This document shows positions 49,150 to 60,681 of a stretch of DNA of 64,000 bases, in pieces (positions within the stretch are counted from its first letter, which is position 1; every line of letters starts with the position of its first letter). The stretch comes from Psammoneis japonica (lineage: Eukaryota), in the NCBI GenBank assembly GCA_008632985.1, contig QPGO01000039.1, positions 124,001-188,000 of the forward strand, written 5' to 3'. The notes beneath the pieces were generated by a model. The model was not told the origin of the DNA, ran no database searches, and saw nothing but the letters and a program-made list of their open reading frames with translations. A program made the position numbers and the translations under genes.

Positions 49150-50832
49150 TGTGATTTTTGAATGCCCAGTTTGAAATCAGAAACCAAGGCAAGTCAAGTC
49201 ACAAAGGCTCCAATGACTCAATGTTGAGTTGTAGATCAGGAACCAAAGGCCCATGAACTCACCAGTCTAAACGTGAAGAACACACAGCAGATGGTTGTTC
49301 TGTTTGAATCAGCACGTGGCCTTGCCTTGTGTGCCAAAGGCATAAAATGAGCTCATGGCTGCAAACGTGTGGTCAGGGGAAGGCCACTCATCGCTCAATT
49401 TAAAGGAGCAATGAATGAATTACGTCACTTTGTCAGAGGAGGACTTGTCCAGAAAATCACTGACTTCAAGCTGACACGCACATGACCCTCTGGCACTGGA
49501 ACAGTTGGTGCAATTGTGTGTGCTGCAGGTTCAACTGATGCTGACATGATGCTCAATGCCTGCAGCTGTGTCAAAGCTGCAAGCACCTTAAGGATTTTAG
49601 CCAAAAGCTTAGAACAGAGACAAGTTTGATCTAGACGAGAGCATCCAGCTTGTAAATCATCAAGCAAACGGCTTTGAAAACATGTCCATGTCTGTGATTG
49701 GAGATGGTGAAGTGCAAAAGAAGAAAACAAGCAGAAATCAATGCATGTGGTCAATTGCCGCTGACACCATGGGCTGCTTGCTGTCGACTGAAATGTCAAC
49801 ATTGCCACCAGGTGTTGCAACGCTCATGACTTTGGTCACCCGATGCTGCATTTGATCGACCGCATCCAGATCAGGCAGTTTGGTTCAAACACAGGCGTGG
49901 CTTTCCTCTGAGAGTCTTCATTTGTTGATGCCACACTCACACTTGATTCTCCAATGGCTTCTTTTGCTTTGTTGACAGTTTTCTGAGATGAATTCTGGAA
50001 ACAACACGTCCGCAGGGGCTCGAACTTGGTGTTGAGTTTGGGTGGCTGCAGAGAGGGCTTCGCATTTTGGGTTCCCACCAAGTGCTCTCGCAAGATCGCC
50101 GCAACACTTTTGGTGTCATCAATGATGCCACTCTGCTTGGAAGCATCAACAACCTAAAGCAGGCGGAGCAAATTGCTTTGCAGCTGAGACAAGATTGTCG
50201 GGTCCAATCCTGGTGCCATGGGCGCCAGTGTGCCGACAACTTGTGTGCCATGTGCTTGTTGGAGATCCCAGCCAAACTCTGGGATGGTCGAGATGTCATT
50301 GCAGATTCTGCTGTTGTCCACCAGATTGTTTGCCAAAAGTGAGAGGATGCATTGGGGTTCCCATTTCGGCCTTGAATTGAGATGGAGTCTCAAAGGTTCA
50401 CTTGTCACATTTCTCCCAACACACTCCTGTGGTGCCACTGAGGTTGATTGACCTGCGGGACCAAACTGAATGCGTTGATTGCCCTTCCTGGGCCTGTTCT
50501 TGTTCTTGTTCTTGTCCATCTTTCTTTCCTTGGGTTCCTTGGTTGGTTGCTTGGACGGTTGTGGTGACTTGACGACGGCAGCAAGGCCCATGATTGGGTC
50601 TCGAAATTTTCAAAATAGAGCGCCCTGAAGTGGCTTGCTCACATGCAATCTCCTGTCATTTCTGATTTGGGACACCATTTCACCTTCAGTTCTCCACTCG
50701 CCATTTGGTCTGTGATGAAGAAATGCCAAATGTTGATGTGCTTGGTGCGTTTGCTGCTAGAGGCGTTGCCGTTCTTTTCAGAAGCATGGCACTCTTTTTG
50801 TCTTGGTGCATGACGTCATCCACAACCTCGCA

Positions 50833-51220
50833 ACGCGCTCCAGCCCCAGGTGGGACTCCGTGTGACATTGGGCCCGTAGAATTCTACGTGCGAGCTCCCC
50901 AGTGCGAGAATTTAATCAATGCATGTGTTTGTCTTCAACATCAAATAAACCGCCAAGTTTGTGGTGCAATTGTGCCTCTTGCCACTCGACGTTTTTGCAA
51001 ATGCGCCTGCCCTGCGCGATTCTTAAGACGTCATAGAATTGCGCTGCAACAAAAAATGTCAAAAGTTGTTGGACGGATCGCTCAACAAGTGCACCGTAAA
51101 ATGACACAAAATGTCGAAAAAATCACGTAGAAATCTATGTGCGCGACATGCGACGTGATTCAAAAAACCATCAATGTCACAGTTCAGCAGTGCGAGGTCC
51201 CACCTAGACCTGGAACGCGT
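50833..51220. mobile_element. MITE, 388 bp, 24-bp imperfect TIRs, 6-bp TSD CTCGCA
   Basis: Left end acgcgctccagccccaggtgggac; right end reverse complement acgcgttccaggtctaggtgggac. TSD at 50827-50832 and 51221-51226. Removal restores Copia EAQGCEVVDD. Confidence 0.88.
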
Positions 51221-51808
51221 CTCGCATCCTTGAGCTTCCACAAAGTGGCGCATCCAACAATGGCATGAAGTCATCAGCTCCAACAACCTCGGCTTTGGCA
51301 GAGCTGCAAGTGTTGAGCTTCTGCTTGGTGGACCCCGTTGCAGGGAATCCTCGTCCTGGGGACAATCCTCCTCCGGAGTGTCCTTGCATGTTTGGATGGA
51401 CCGCACATGCTGAGTCGATCCACCATTTAAGGACACCACTTCCGTTGGCACTCAAAATCAGGGGCGACGTGCGTGCATCTCTGAGACACTTCACAAGGCC
51501 AGCAAGTTTGTCCCAGTCATCCTTGTCTGGTTCTCACACACTCTCGTCGTGAGAAATGTGATTGCTGTGCATGTGTCAGGTCGGGCTCATTTGGTGGCAC
51601 ATGATGTCTTGGCTGCCAAGTTGTGAAACTGTGCAGCCTTGTCTGCTGATGGCTTTTTGCAGTCTTCGTCAACTGCAAGCAAGTCTTTCGGTGCTGCGTT
51701 CGACTTGGCACCCTTTTCCTTTGGAGCAGCCTTGTCGAATGCTGATGGGATCTCATCGATGCACCCTGTCATTGCAATCTTGACTTGACCATGGACGGTG
51801 TGGTCTAA

Positions 51809-53050
51809 GACTCTGTCCAAACACTGTCATGGGCATGATCACACCCACGTCACGCAGGCTTTTATGATGACGTCACAGGTCACACCCGCAATGTTCTGTC
51901 CAAACACATTCGTGCGTGCTGTGTGACAGCAGCCCCACCTCATGGACATTAGTCGAATGATTCAAACTTACAGCACGCGAAGCAATGCCAGATGCAACAT
52001 GAATGAACCAGCGATGACAACACGACAAGAACGACATGACCATGTCGACGAGATCGCAACCACAAGGCGACAATGAGCCACACAAAGGACACCCATTGAT
52101 AAAAAAATCATGCTTGTGCACAACTTATGGCTTGATCAGTTGTCTGAAAGAGTGCATGACATGAATTTATTTTAAGAAACTGTTTGGCGAAATGGTTGTG
52201 TCAGAAGAGTCCAGAATGGCACACAAAGCCCCCCAAAGACAACAAGCGGCCCATGCATGGTCTCATGTGGTTGCCTCATATAACATGCAGCCACATGCGC
52301 TTTGGCCGCATCAAAAAACGATGCACATCGGTTGTTTTCGTGTTTCGTCGGTGGGGTGTGATGTTTGGGTATGATGTTTAAAATAGAAGATTAAGGGAGC
52401 CTGTGTAGAGCGGAAGGGAACAGCAGAGGGAGGCACGGAGGTAGCTGTAGAGATGGCAGAGTAGAAGGGTTGAAGGACGCAAGACGAAGGGCGTTTTGAG
52501 GAAGGCATGGGTGAGGAGGGAGTGGGGAGAGAGGAGGTGAATCGAAGGATGTGCGTAGAAAGGTGAAGAACGACGTTGCAGCTGAGAGTTTGGGTGGCCC
52601 ACTGGGATGGGGTGGCCATACGGCAGGCACTCCCAAAGCAATCGGCGGACAGACGACGCCATGCGAAGTCAGCGGAGGGAAGGATTGCAGACGGAGACGA
52701 CAAAGCGTAGAGGAAGGCGGAGCAGGAGGCATCAGAGTGACGAAAGTCAGAGGAAGAGGACCAGGGTGGCTTGGGCTGAGAGCAGACAGAGGAGGATGTA
52801 GAACCAAAGAGCAAGCGGTGAGCAAAGCAGCCGAGACCACCAAGGTGATCTACAGTGAAGGGGAGCAGGAAGATGCCATCATCGAGGAAGTCTGTTCTTG
52901 CGAGAACAAACATCCTCGTGAAAGTTGGCATGGCCTAAAATTACGTCATGCATGGGGCCAATGACCACTGATTTTTTCGAAGAGGCTCATTTTAGGTGCT
53001 GTGACGTCAGGCATGATCACACGCATGCATGACAGTGTTTGGACAGGGTC
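51809..53050. mobile_element. Non-autonomous PIF/Harbinger-like element (1242 bp), 23-bp TIRs, TAA TSD
   Basis: Left end gactctgtccaaacactgtcatg; right end reverse complement gaccctgtccaaacactgtcatg. TAA at 51806-51808 and 53051-53053. Removal restores LGMTL-DHTV. Confidence 0.9.
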
Positions 53051-53524
53051 TAAAGTCATTCCAAGACATTCATGATTTTGCCTCTGCTGACGGTCATCTT
53101 TCCAGATCCGTCTTCAAAAATGCTCTCGCATTCCTTAAGAAGCCATTCCATCATCCTGTCTGCCACTTTCCTCTTGCGGTGGCTCAGTTTGCAGTGTCGT
53201 CCACATGGAACAAGACAGTCATCTGCATTCCTTTGATGTCCTTGTTGAAGATGCAGGGATTGCATGGGTTCACAACAAAACCAATCAAATCAAGACTTTT
53301 AGTGAACTTACGGCAGCAGAGCAGGCTTGCCACCACAGTGCCGCAGAGGGCGTTGTGGCACCCAACCAACAACTGTTTCACTCCCTTCTTGTCTGTTGTG
53401 ATGTGCAAAGGGCAAGCAAACATCTGGAGCCATCTCCAGCAGGATGTCAACCAGGACTCCACCTAGCCTGATGATGACCATGTCCTTCTTGTGTTCGATT
53501 TGGGTTTAGATGAATGCGTTTGGG

Positions 53525-54081
53525 ACGTGTTCCAGCCGCGCGTGAACACACGCATTTAAAAAAACAACATTTGCGCGATTTTCGCATGGCCACTAACTTG
53601 TGATCAAACTGTTGAGTAAAAAAAATGCTTCACACATTTGCAAATGTTTTTGACACACATTGACAAGACCCACCTGAGTGTGTTAAAACAATCGGTTGCT
53701 TTCCATTTCTCATTTTTGTTGCGCTAATTGCATCACAACACAACGGATGATTTTTGGCGCAACTGTTGCCGTCATTGGGATGTCACCCAAACACATCTTT
53801 CTACGATGCCGCTTGGCATGTTTTCCACCTGCAAAGAAATTGCACAGTGTGAAATGTGCTGACGTAGAATCAGCATTGAGTCCACTGAGGAGGTTTGTGA
53901 CACATGTCCCATGAGAACTTGAATGCCCCACAAAAAACTGTTTAATTGTCCACACTCTGTGCGCCCACAAAAGTTAGTCTGCCCAAGTGTTTTACATGAA
54001 AATGCTCCATGTGCTAAAAGACACACAATTTATGTTCAAAATCAATTGTCGTTTTGTGCGTCACCTGGGACTGGAACACGT
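53525..54081. mobile_element. MITE, 557 bp, ACGTGTTCCAG TIRs, 6-bp TSD YTTGGG
   Basis: Perfect 11-bp TIR acgtgttccag/ctggaacacgt. Flanks tttggg (53519-53524) and cttggg (54082-54087). Removal restores Copia DIPNAF. Confidence 0.85.
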
Positions 54082-56281
54082 CTTGGGATGTCAGCCACTG
54101 CGACATCATCTTCTTCTTTGGCATCAATGACACACAAAAGCAAAACTGCTTCTGTTGACACTGTTGGCAAGCTGGCATCCTTCTTTGAGATGCAGTCTCA
54201 TTGCTTGTTTCCACCTGCAACGGCACAGCCTTTGACACTCTTGTCGCGCTTTTCCTTGAGGAACATGTGGGAATCCAGTGCGGTTCAACGTTGACGCAGT
54301 GTCAGTTCCCTCCAATGCAGGGGTTCGAGCGCATCCCTGAAGTGCAGTTGCTTCATTTCGGAGCAGGCCGCTTTGTAGGCTCTGTCTCCCCATTGCTTGA
54401 GACCAGCCTTGAGGGAAAGCTGTGTCATGATCACAGCCACAACATCGGGTTCCTGCTGGCAGAAGTCATGCTGCACAAACATGTGTGAGTCAGGATTGAG
54501 TGCGCTGTGGGTCTCCAGTTTCATTGCGGCATGTGAGCACTTGTTGCCAGTCATGCTTGGGATGCAGCTCTTGGTCTGAGTCTTGGTCCGCGCACAGAAC
54601 AACGCAGTCCTTCAGTGGGTTGTTCCATTGGCTGTTGAGCCGGTTCTGGTGGTGGTGCTGGTGTTTCAGGTTTGGCAGGGGCCTGAATTTTGTCTTGTGG
54701 AGGTGGAATGTTGAGATCATCCTCTGTTTCGTTGACTGGAGGAGGTTTGTAATTGTCCCATGCATCATCCGCAGCATCCACTCCTGGGAGCTCAACATTG
54801 CCATCGTCGGCTTCCTCAGGTGGCAACAGGTCCACTCCTGGGGTAGGAGCAAGGGGGTCTTCTGGCATGAGAGCATTGTTGATGAGCTTGTCCTCAGGTT
54901 CCACTCCTGGGACTTCCACATCTCCGATGAGATGGCCTTTGCAATCAGCAAAGATCAGGTCTTCCAGTTGGTCCTTGCCGAGTTCATCAACTTGCGCAAC
55001 AATGACATTGGGCACAGGGAGTTCATCCCAGTTGCAGTGTGCAATCTTCTTGCCAGAATCAAGAGCCATGGGTCAACATCCTCCTTGGACACTCCGGTTT
55101 TGGCAGTTTTCATGCATGGGGCAAGTGGATGCACATGCAATGTCGACATTGTTTTGACTGTTAGATTCGTTCCATGTGGTGCCATCATCTAGCTGCAGTG
55201 TTCACAGGCAAATGTTTTGTCTGTTGGTTGTCGTGCAATCACCCATGTCGGCCTTCAACGTGACGAAACATTGAGCAGCTTAATTGGGCCTGACCGGGGT
55301 CAAGATTCCATGTCCCTCGACTGCCTCCCCCACATTGGACCTTTGAGGCATGCCAGCAATCCATCGTTTCTCTGTGTGTCTGAATTGCTTTGGAGAGGTC
55401 TTTTAACAGTGTAACGTCATGAAGATTGAGTCACACTGGGTCAGATTGTGGTGCTCACACTGAGATTTGCATGGGGTGAGTGCAGTTCAAGGTGTTTTCT
55501 TGACCCCCCCAGCAAACATGAAAGTCTCCCAGACAACCAACACAATTGCCACCGACTCCCACACTTTGATTCAATCTCTTTCCACAATCAAAATGTGCAT
55601 CATCTGCCTGGCCGCCAGCTTCAAATGGCTTTGCCATGAAACCATGCCAATGGCAGAAAGCTTTGAATGTCCAAAGGTCTGACATTCTTGCATCTGTGCA
55701 TGAGTCAACTTTTGGCCAGATCCAACTTGAACCCAAGCAGCAATGTTGCCATCAGTTTGGACTGGGGCACGTGTCCATTGCAATGATGAGGCGACATGAC
55801 AGTGTGGAAATCGAGTGATGTTGATGACTGTTCCCTGGTTTTGAAACAAAAAAGCACGAGTGAGACCACATCGCGGACGGCCACCGGCGCTCATCAATGC
55901 TGACACGCGCGCTCCCGCCCTGGCCTCGCGCCTCGCCTCTCACCTCAAAACTCAAGATCCTTTGTGCTTTTGTTGCTCTTGGCTCTTGTCCTCCGCCAAC
56001 ACTGCTTTTGCAATTTACAAGCACAGTCAAATCTGCTCAATGATTGGTGTCTTGGCCTGATGCCGTCAAAAAAGCAGAAAACGCAGGTCAAAACCGCTTG
56101 CAATTTTGAAAGTTCTGACAACGGCGGCCACTGCAAACCCCATGGCTCGCCTTCTATCTCCCCTCCTCAAGACAACAACAATGATGCGCTTTCATCCTCA
56201 TTGCAGAATCTTTTGAGTCAAAATGACTCCATGATGAAAGCTGTCAGGTGTTCCAGAGACAGTGTCATCTTTGTCGTGGAC

Positions 56282-56827
56282 TCAACATTCAGAATCTTCT
56301 GCAGGACATTCGGGTCCGGTTTCATCGTGTTGGCAGGTGTAAATCAATGTTGTTTCGATTTCTGCATCGTGCTTCATGCACAGTGACTCGGATGTGCATG
56401 TGTTGTTGATCGAAACTTGTGTGAACGTCTTGTCTGTTTGCTTGTTGTTGTTGTTGTCAAACTGCACGACAAAGTCACTGCAGCTGAAAACGCTGCCATT
56501 GTGATCACTTGGTCTGATCAAAATCACGTCTAATGCTTCTCCTTGTGCGATGTCATTGTTGTCACCTGGACACATGATCATGTCCATCACAGCAGTGTTG
56601 CAAGACAGACAATCAAGAGAAAAGGTGTCGTCGCCACAGCAATTCGATTTCGCCATCATGGTCATCGCAAAGTGTTCGAGCAAACGGCGCGTGCACTCTT
56701 GCGGTTTTGGCACGAATGCGCAAGTCTGTTCCTTACCCTGACAGCTTCTCCTAGACAACAGCTGTTCATCACAATGTGGAAGGAAGTCCAGATGCATTGC
56801 GAAGGATCTGTTCACCACAGCGTTCAT
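56282..56827 (-). pseudogene. Host-like Cys-containing protein fragment within the hypermutated domain
   Basis: 181-aa frame with protein-like composition but only one Tyr; no TE motif recognised. Confidence 0.35.
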
Positions 56828-57082
56828 TCTCGCGATTGGATGACCGGCAAATTGTCGACAAGAAGAAATCGTGGCAAGCCAAGAAAATGAAAAATTGGCT
56901 CGTCAAGCCAGAACTAAAAGACAGCACAAACAAGAACAAGAAAGTCAAGAAGCAGAGCAAGAAAGCAGAAGCAGAGACAAGGGAATGAAGAATGGCAGAC
57001 GCAGATGATGCAGCCAAGTGGAAGGAGGAGCTCTGTCATGGTGCACTGGATGGGAGAGAAGTGAATGGTGCAGCTGGATCTA

Positions 57083-57085
<3 letters not shown>

Positions 57086-57116
<31 letters not shown>
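57086..57116 (+). repeat. (GA)n microsatellite
   Basis: Run of GA dinucleotides. Confidence 0.9.
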
Positions 57117-57118
<2 letters not shown>

Positions 57119-57934
57119 GCAAGAGCAGGGGATGCACATTGACCAGACGAGACACGAGACCTGTGTTGCCCCCTGCTTTGTCTTGATGTCAGCGCAGTGT
57201 TGACTGTTGAGTGCCTTTGTTTGTTGTGTGGGCAGCAAGATGGCTGGAACAATGGACTGCAGAACAGTTTGAGCCAATGTCACTTGTCTGACTTTGTGTC
57301 TTGTTGGTCTTGCTTTGGCTGAGTCTGTCTTTTCTTTTCACACAAGGTTTGCAAAGCAGTCATCTGGAACATGAAAGCCAATGGCCTTGAGCTCACGCAA
57401 GGAGCTGGATCGAAAAGGCTTGTCTCGAGGTGGCAAGCGCTCAACCAGTTGCTTGTGGGTGACCAGAGTTGGCTCACATCCATGCGCATTCACAAGTTTC
57501 TTCACTGTGTCCAACGTTTCTTCTCGGAAGTGGTGCTCTTTCGAAGAGTCACTGAAAGAATGCCATCTCAGCACCCAGCAAAGATGCTCTAGATTTCTTG
57601 GGCATTGTTTTCCGCCTGGGCGTTTTGCGATGATGGCAAGACGGTCCTTCACTGAAAGACAGGTTTGAGTTGAGAACAGATCATTGTTCATCTGGTGTGG
57701 CAACAATGCAAGTGCTGACCTGCGCGAGCGGGAATCCCGCACCATTGTTTGTGTCAGTTCCTGACTTCTTGGGAGGAGACACCCAGGACCATCAGACAGC
57801 CTGACGGTTTACCCCAGCCATGTGGCACCATGTCACACCCTGGGTGTGATGGCCATTGTGCCCATGCCATGCAATTGACCACTTGCCACAAGTTCTCACA
57901 TTGATGCAGGGAAGGCGTTGAACCAAGGGACATC

Positions 57935-59350
57935 ATGTCCACCTCCATGGGTGGTGGAGATTGCCTTCTCTGTTCAGTGTGCCAACTCCCCTTTTCTGCA
58001 CGGGGTGGTTTGGAGTCACATCTTCGGCAGTCCACCAACTGCCAGCAAGCTCTTGCCACTGCTGGAGCTGCCACTGCTGCTGCCAACTCCACAGATGGCA
58101 ATGATGGGGATCTCAGTGAAGCTCCACCTCTTCGATGCATTGAATGCCGTTGTCAAGGTGCAAATTCTGTGACAAACACCACTCAAATTGTTCCCTCCAC
58201 CCTCAACCCCGGAACAAGGAGATCTTCCAGACCAGCAGCATCACAAGCATGGCACCCCCAGTCCTCTGCCTCCAGAACGTCACCTCCTCCAGATGCATTG
58301 ATGGTGTCATCTGTCCATCACAATGAATCAGCCGAAGCCACATCTTTCATCATGGCCACTGAGGAAGAGCAAAGCAACAACGTTGGTGCTGGTGCTGGTC
58401 TCCCACCAGCACATCTTCTGGAAGGTCAAGCAATGAATCTGGCCGACAATGAGGACTTCAACGCACCCATGGTGCATTCTAACGAGATTCATGCAATGGC
58501 TGGGATCCTGTGACTGTGTCAGATGTCAGGTGTTCCCGTTGAGGTTGCTGATGACATCACAGCCACTGTTCACAACAAGCACGCCTCTGGCAGCCTTTCA
58601 GCTGCACGCCCCCCTCCCAAGACCCGAACCGTCATTTCCAAACTAGAAAAAATGCTCCCTGGTGTTGTGAAACCAGTCTTGTTCAGGGTGCCACTCAAAA
58701 CAGTCTCCATCAATGCTCAATTTTGACACAATCCTGACTTTGTGTCCTCTGCCCCCATCCCTTCACACAATTTCCTGGAGCAACTAGATGATCATTTTGC
58801 AGATCCCATTTTCCACAACATCAACAATCTCAACGTTGATCCTCATGACCACTGGCGCGCGCATCCAACAACTCCCTCTGGTTGCAACACCAGCAATGGT
58901 GACTGGAACCTGAAGTCAGAATCAGAAGTCAAGGATGGTGAGTGGCAGAACAAGTTTGCTGCAGTGTTCTTTGGTCCCAAGCTCCCTCCCGTCTTTCACA
59001 CATTCTTGATTTTCTACACTGACAAGATGGGGAATGGAGCAGTTTCCCCTCTCTCCATGGAACCGTTTGTGTTCTCACACTTGCTCTCATTAAAGAATCT
59101 GCCCGGAGGAACCACCGTTGCTGGAGGCCCCTTGGATTTGTGCCATGTTGCAGCAGCCCCTTGATCTCCTCCAAACAGAATGTTTTTTGGCAGGAATGTC
59201 CGGAACTGCCATCGCATCCTGAGCAAAATTCTGGAGCCCTTGTTTGAAGCCCAGAAGAATCCGCGATGCAACTTGGGCTTGTGGCAGAGAAATGGGAGGG
59301 CAAAGAACTTGGCTGAAGGAGTCCATTTGGTTGATTCGAGGATGACTCCT
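57935..59350 (+). mobile_element. Degenerate Plavaka-like transposase with N-terminal C2H2-type zinc finger
   Basis: CSVC..PFSARGGLESHL; FLEQLDD...NLNVDP.D.W; NGDW; LIFYTDK.G...MEPFVFS; WRPLGFVP; RNCHRIL. Stops and frameshifts. Confidence 0.65.
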
Positions 59351-59649
59351 TCCTTGACTTGGTGGCAATGATGGACTTGAGCCTTGGAGCACACAGCTCC
59401 AGGCCAAATCCATTGGTGAACAGCTCGGTTTCATTGAAATCGGGTGCATCAAACGTGAAGGACGGGTCGGGGTCACCGCCATCGTCGTCGCCGTCCTTCA
59501 ACAATTCGGCTGCCATGGTTGATTGCTTGTGGTGCGTTGGGTGGAAGTTTGTGCAGAAACGTGTAGAACGCAACAGTGCACCCTCTCTCAGCTGAGTCCG
59601 TGCACTGCTGCAATCTATGGTTCATAGAGTTGATGTCCGGAGGCTGTCA

Positions 59650-60670
59650 AATGAAGTGATGAGTGTCCATTGCAGGGCAAGGGATGTTGAAGTTGTTGCC
59701 TCTGCATGACGCCCATTGCTTCGTTGTCTGAGGAAAACTCAGATGGCAGAGGAGTGACAAAGTCATCCAGAAACAGCAGGGGGACTCACCCATTTGCGGA
59801 AGCTTCACCTTAAATTGTTTTGGAGTGAATGTGCAATGGGCATCTGCATTGTTGGTCACGCGTTGTCACACGAATGGCCAAAAATCCTGTGCTGCCCACA
59901 TCAGATTCTCACACCCAATGGGTGGCAAATTCCCACATGGTGGTGTGGGATTTGCCACACATGTGGGTGTGCCCTTCACAACATCATTGCCACACCAGAT
60001 GTTGCGCTCCAGCATGAAAATGGCGATGGAGTTCGTTGTCTCCTTGCGTGTCTCCATCCGAGTTGAGCCATTCATTGTCATTTGCCTTGTAGTCCCACTG
60101 TCCACAGCGGACAAAGTCATGGCAAGTTGTTCCATCTTCAGGGCGAAACTCACAGTCCAGGATGTGCGCTCCGTTCAGCACAAGTCTTCGCCCGCGTTTC
60201 AGGCATCCCACAAAGAACGCTTCTTGGGAAAGCGGGCAAGAAAAGGAACGACACATCTGGTCATCTTCTCACAAAGCTTTTGGCGCCATCTCCGAGATCC
60301 ATCGTCATCTTCATCATCATCACCCTCTACATGCTGATGCCTGCATTGGATCATGTGCGACAAGATCTTGATCTCTTTCACGCAACCCTTGTCAAAACGA
60401 CGAGCTTGAGCAGCATTCAGCCCCCCGGATGGGAGAAGAAGAGCCTGGGCACCAGCGGTAGAACATCATGCAGATAGAAACGGCACATGGCGGAGGAATT
60501 TAGCACACCTGAGTGTGGAACGTGATCGGCATTATCTTGGCCCAGATTTCGGGAGGGAGAAACGGCAGCGGCCCAGCAGGGTTACCGTAGCATTGACTCC
60601 TGGTCTGTCTGCCAACCGTTTTCCACACCGCCCCATCACTACGCCTCTTCCTTTTCGTCGTCGTTGTTGT
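59650..60670 (-). pseudogene. F-box-like family pseudogene (paralog of 62627-62971)
   Basis: LPFLPPEIWAKI..DHVPHS.V.N.SA.CRF.LH; then, after frameshifts, AQARRFDKG.VKEIKI...VVPFLARFPK. Confidence 0.7.
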
Positions 60671-60681
60671 GAAACGAGTTT

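Larger units (their letters stand above)
43900..50400. mobile_element. Large degenerate repeat domain (nested unidentified elements and captured fragments)
   Basis: Strong TpA/CpG depletion, nearly Tyr-less ORFs in all frames, tandem duplications at 44071-44267 and about 48655-48731. Confidence 0.6.
50421..55850 (-). mobile_element. Degenerate Ty1/Copia (CoDi-like) LTR retrotransposon pol region interrupted by three DNA-element insertions
   Basis: MALDSGKKI..WDELPVP; MTQLSLKAGLKQWG; VAGGNKQ; DIP|NAF; NALCG; FHVDD; LGMTL|D; WWIDS..AVHP..GHSGG; KQKLNT.SS..AE; QD.KSA..L; SKPLQG..KFRD. The ORF ends APQECVG, where caggagtg|tgttggg marks the PPT and 3' LTR start at 50421. Confidence 0.9.

Noticed and set aside
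44300..50400. DIRS/Penelope-like identity for this domain
   Set aside because: Only vague motif resemblance; too degenerate to support.
53196..53210. FHVDD as a mutated YVDD
   Set aside because: Diatom CoDi-type Copia RTs commonly have HVDD natively, so it was not counted as evidence.
14360..54420. Alternative genetic code (TGY/CAY read as Tyr)
   Set aside because: Host genes use TAY for conserved Tyr (e.g. GYGD), and the TE copies also carry stops and frameshifts.
322..60477. Numerous Cys/His/Trp-rich ORFs in repeat domains as real genes
   Set aside because: They overlap in all frames, lack Tyr and arise from loss of TAA/TAG; only fragments with TE or host motifs were kept.
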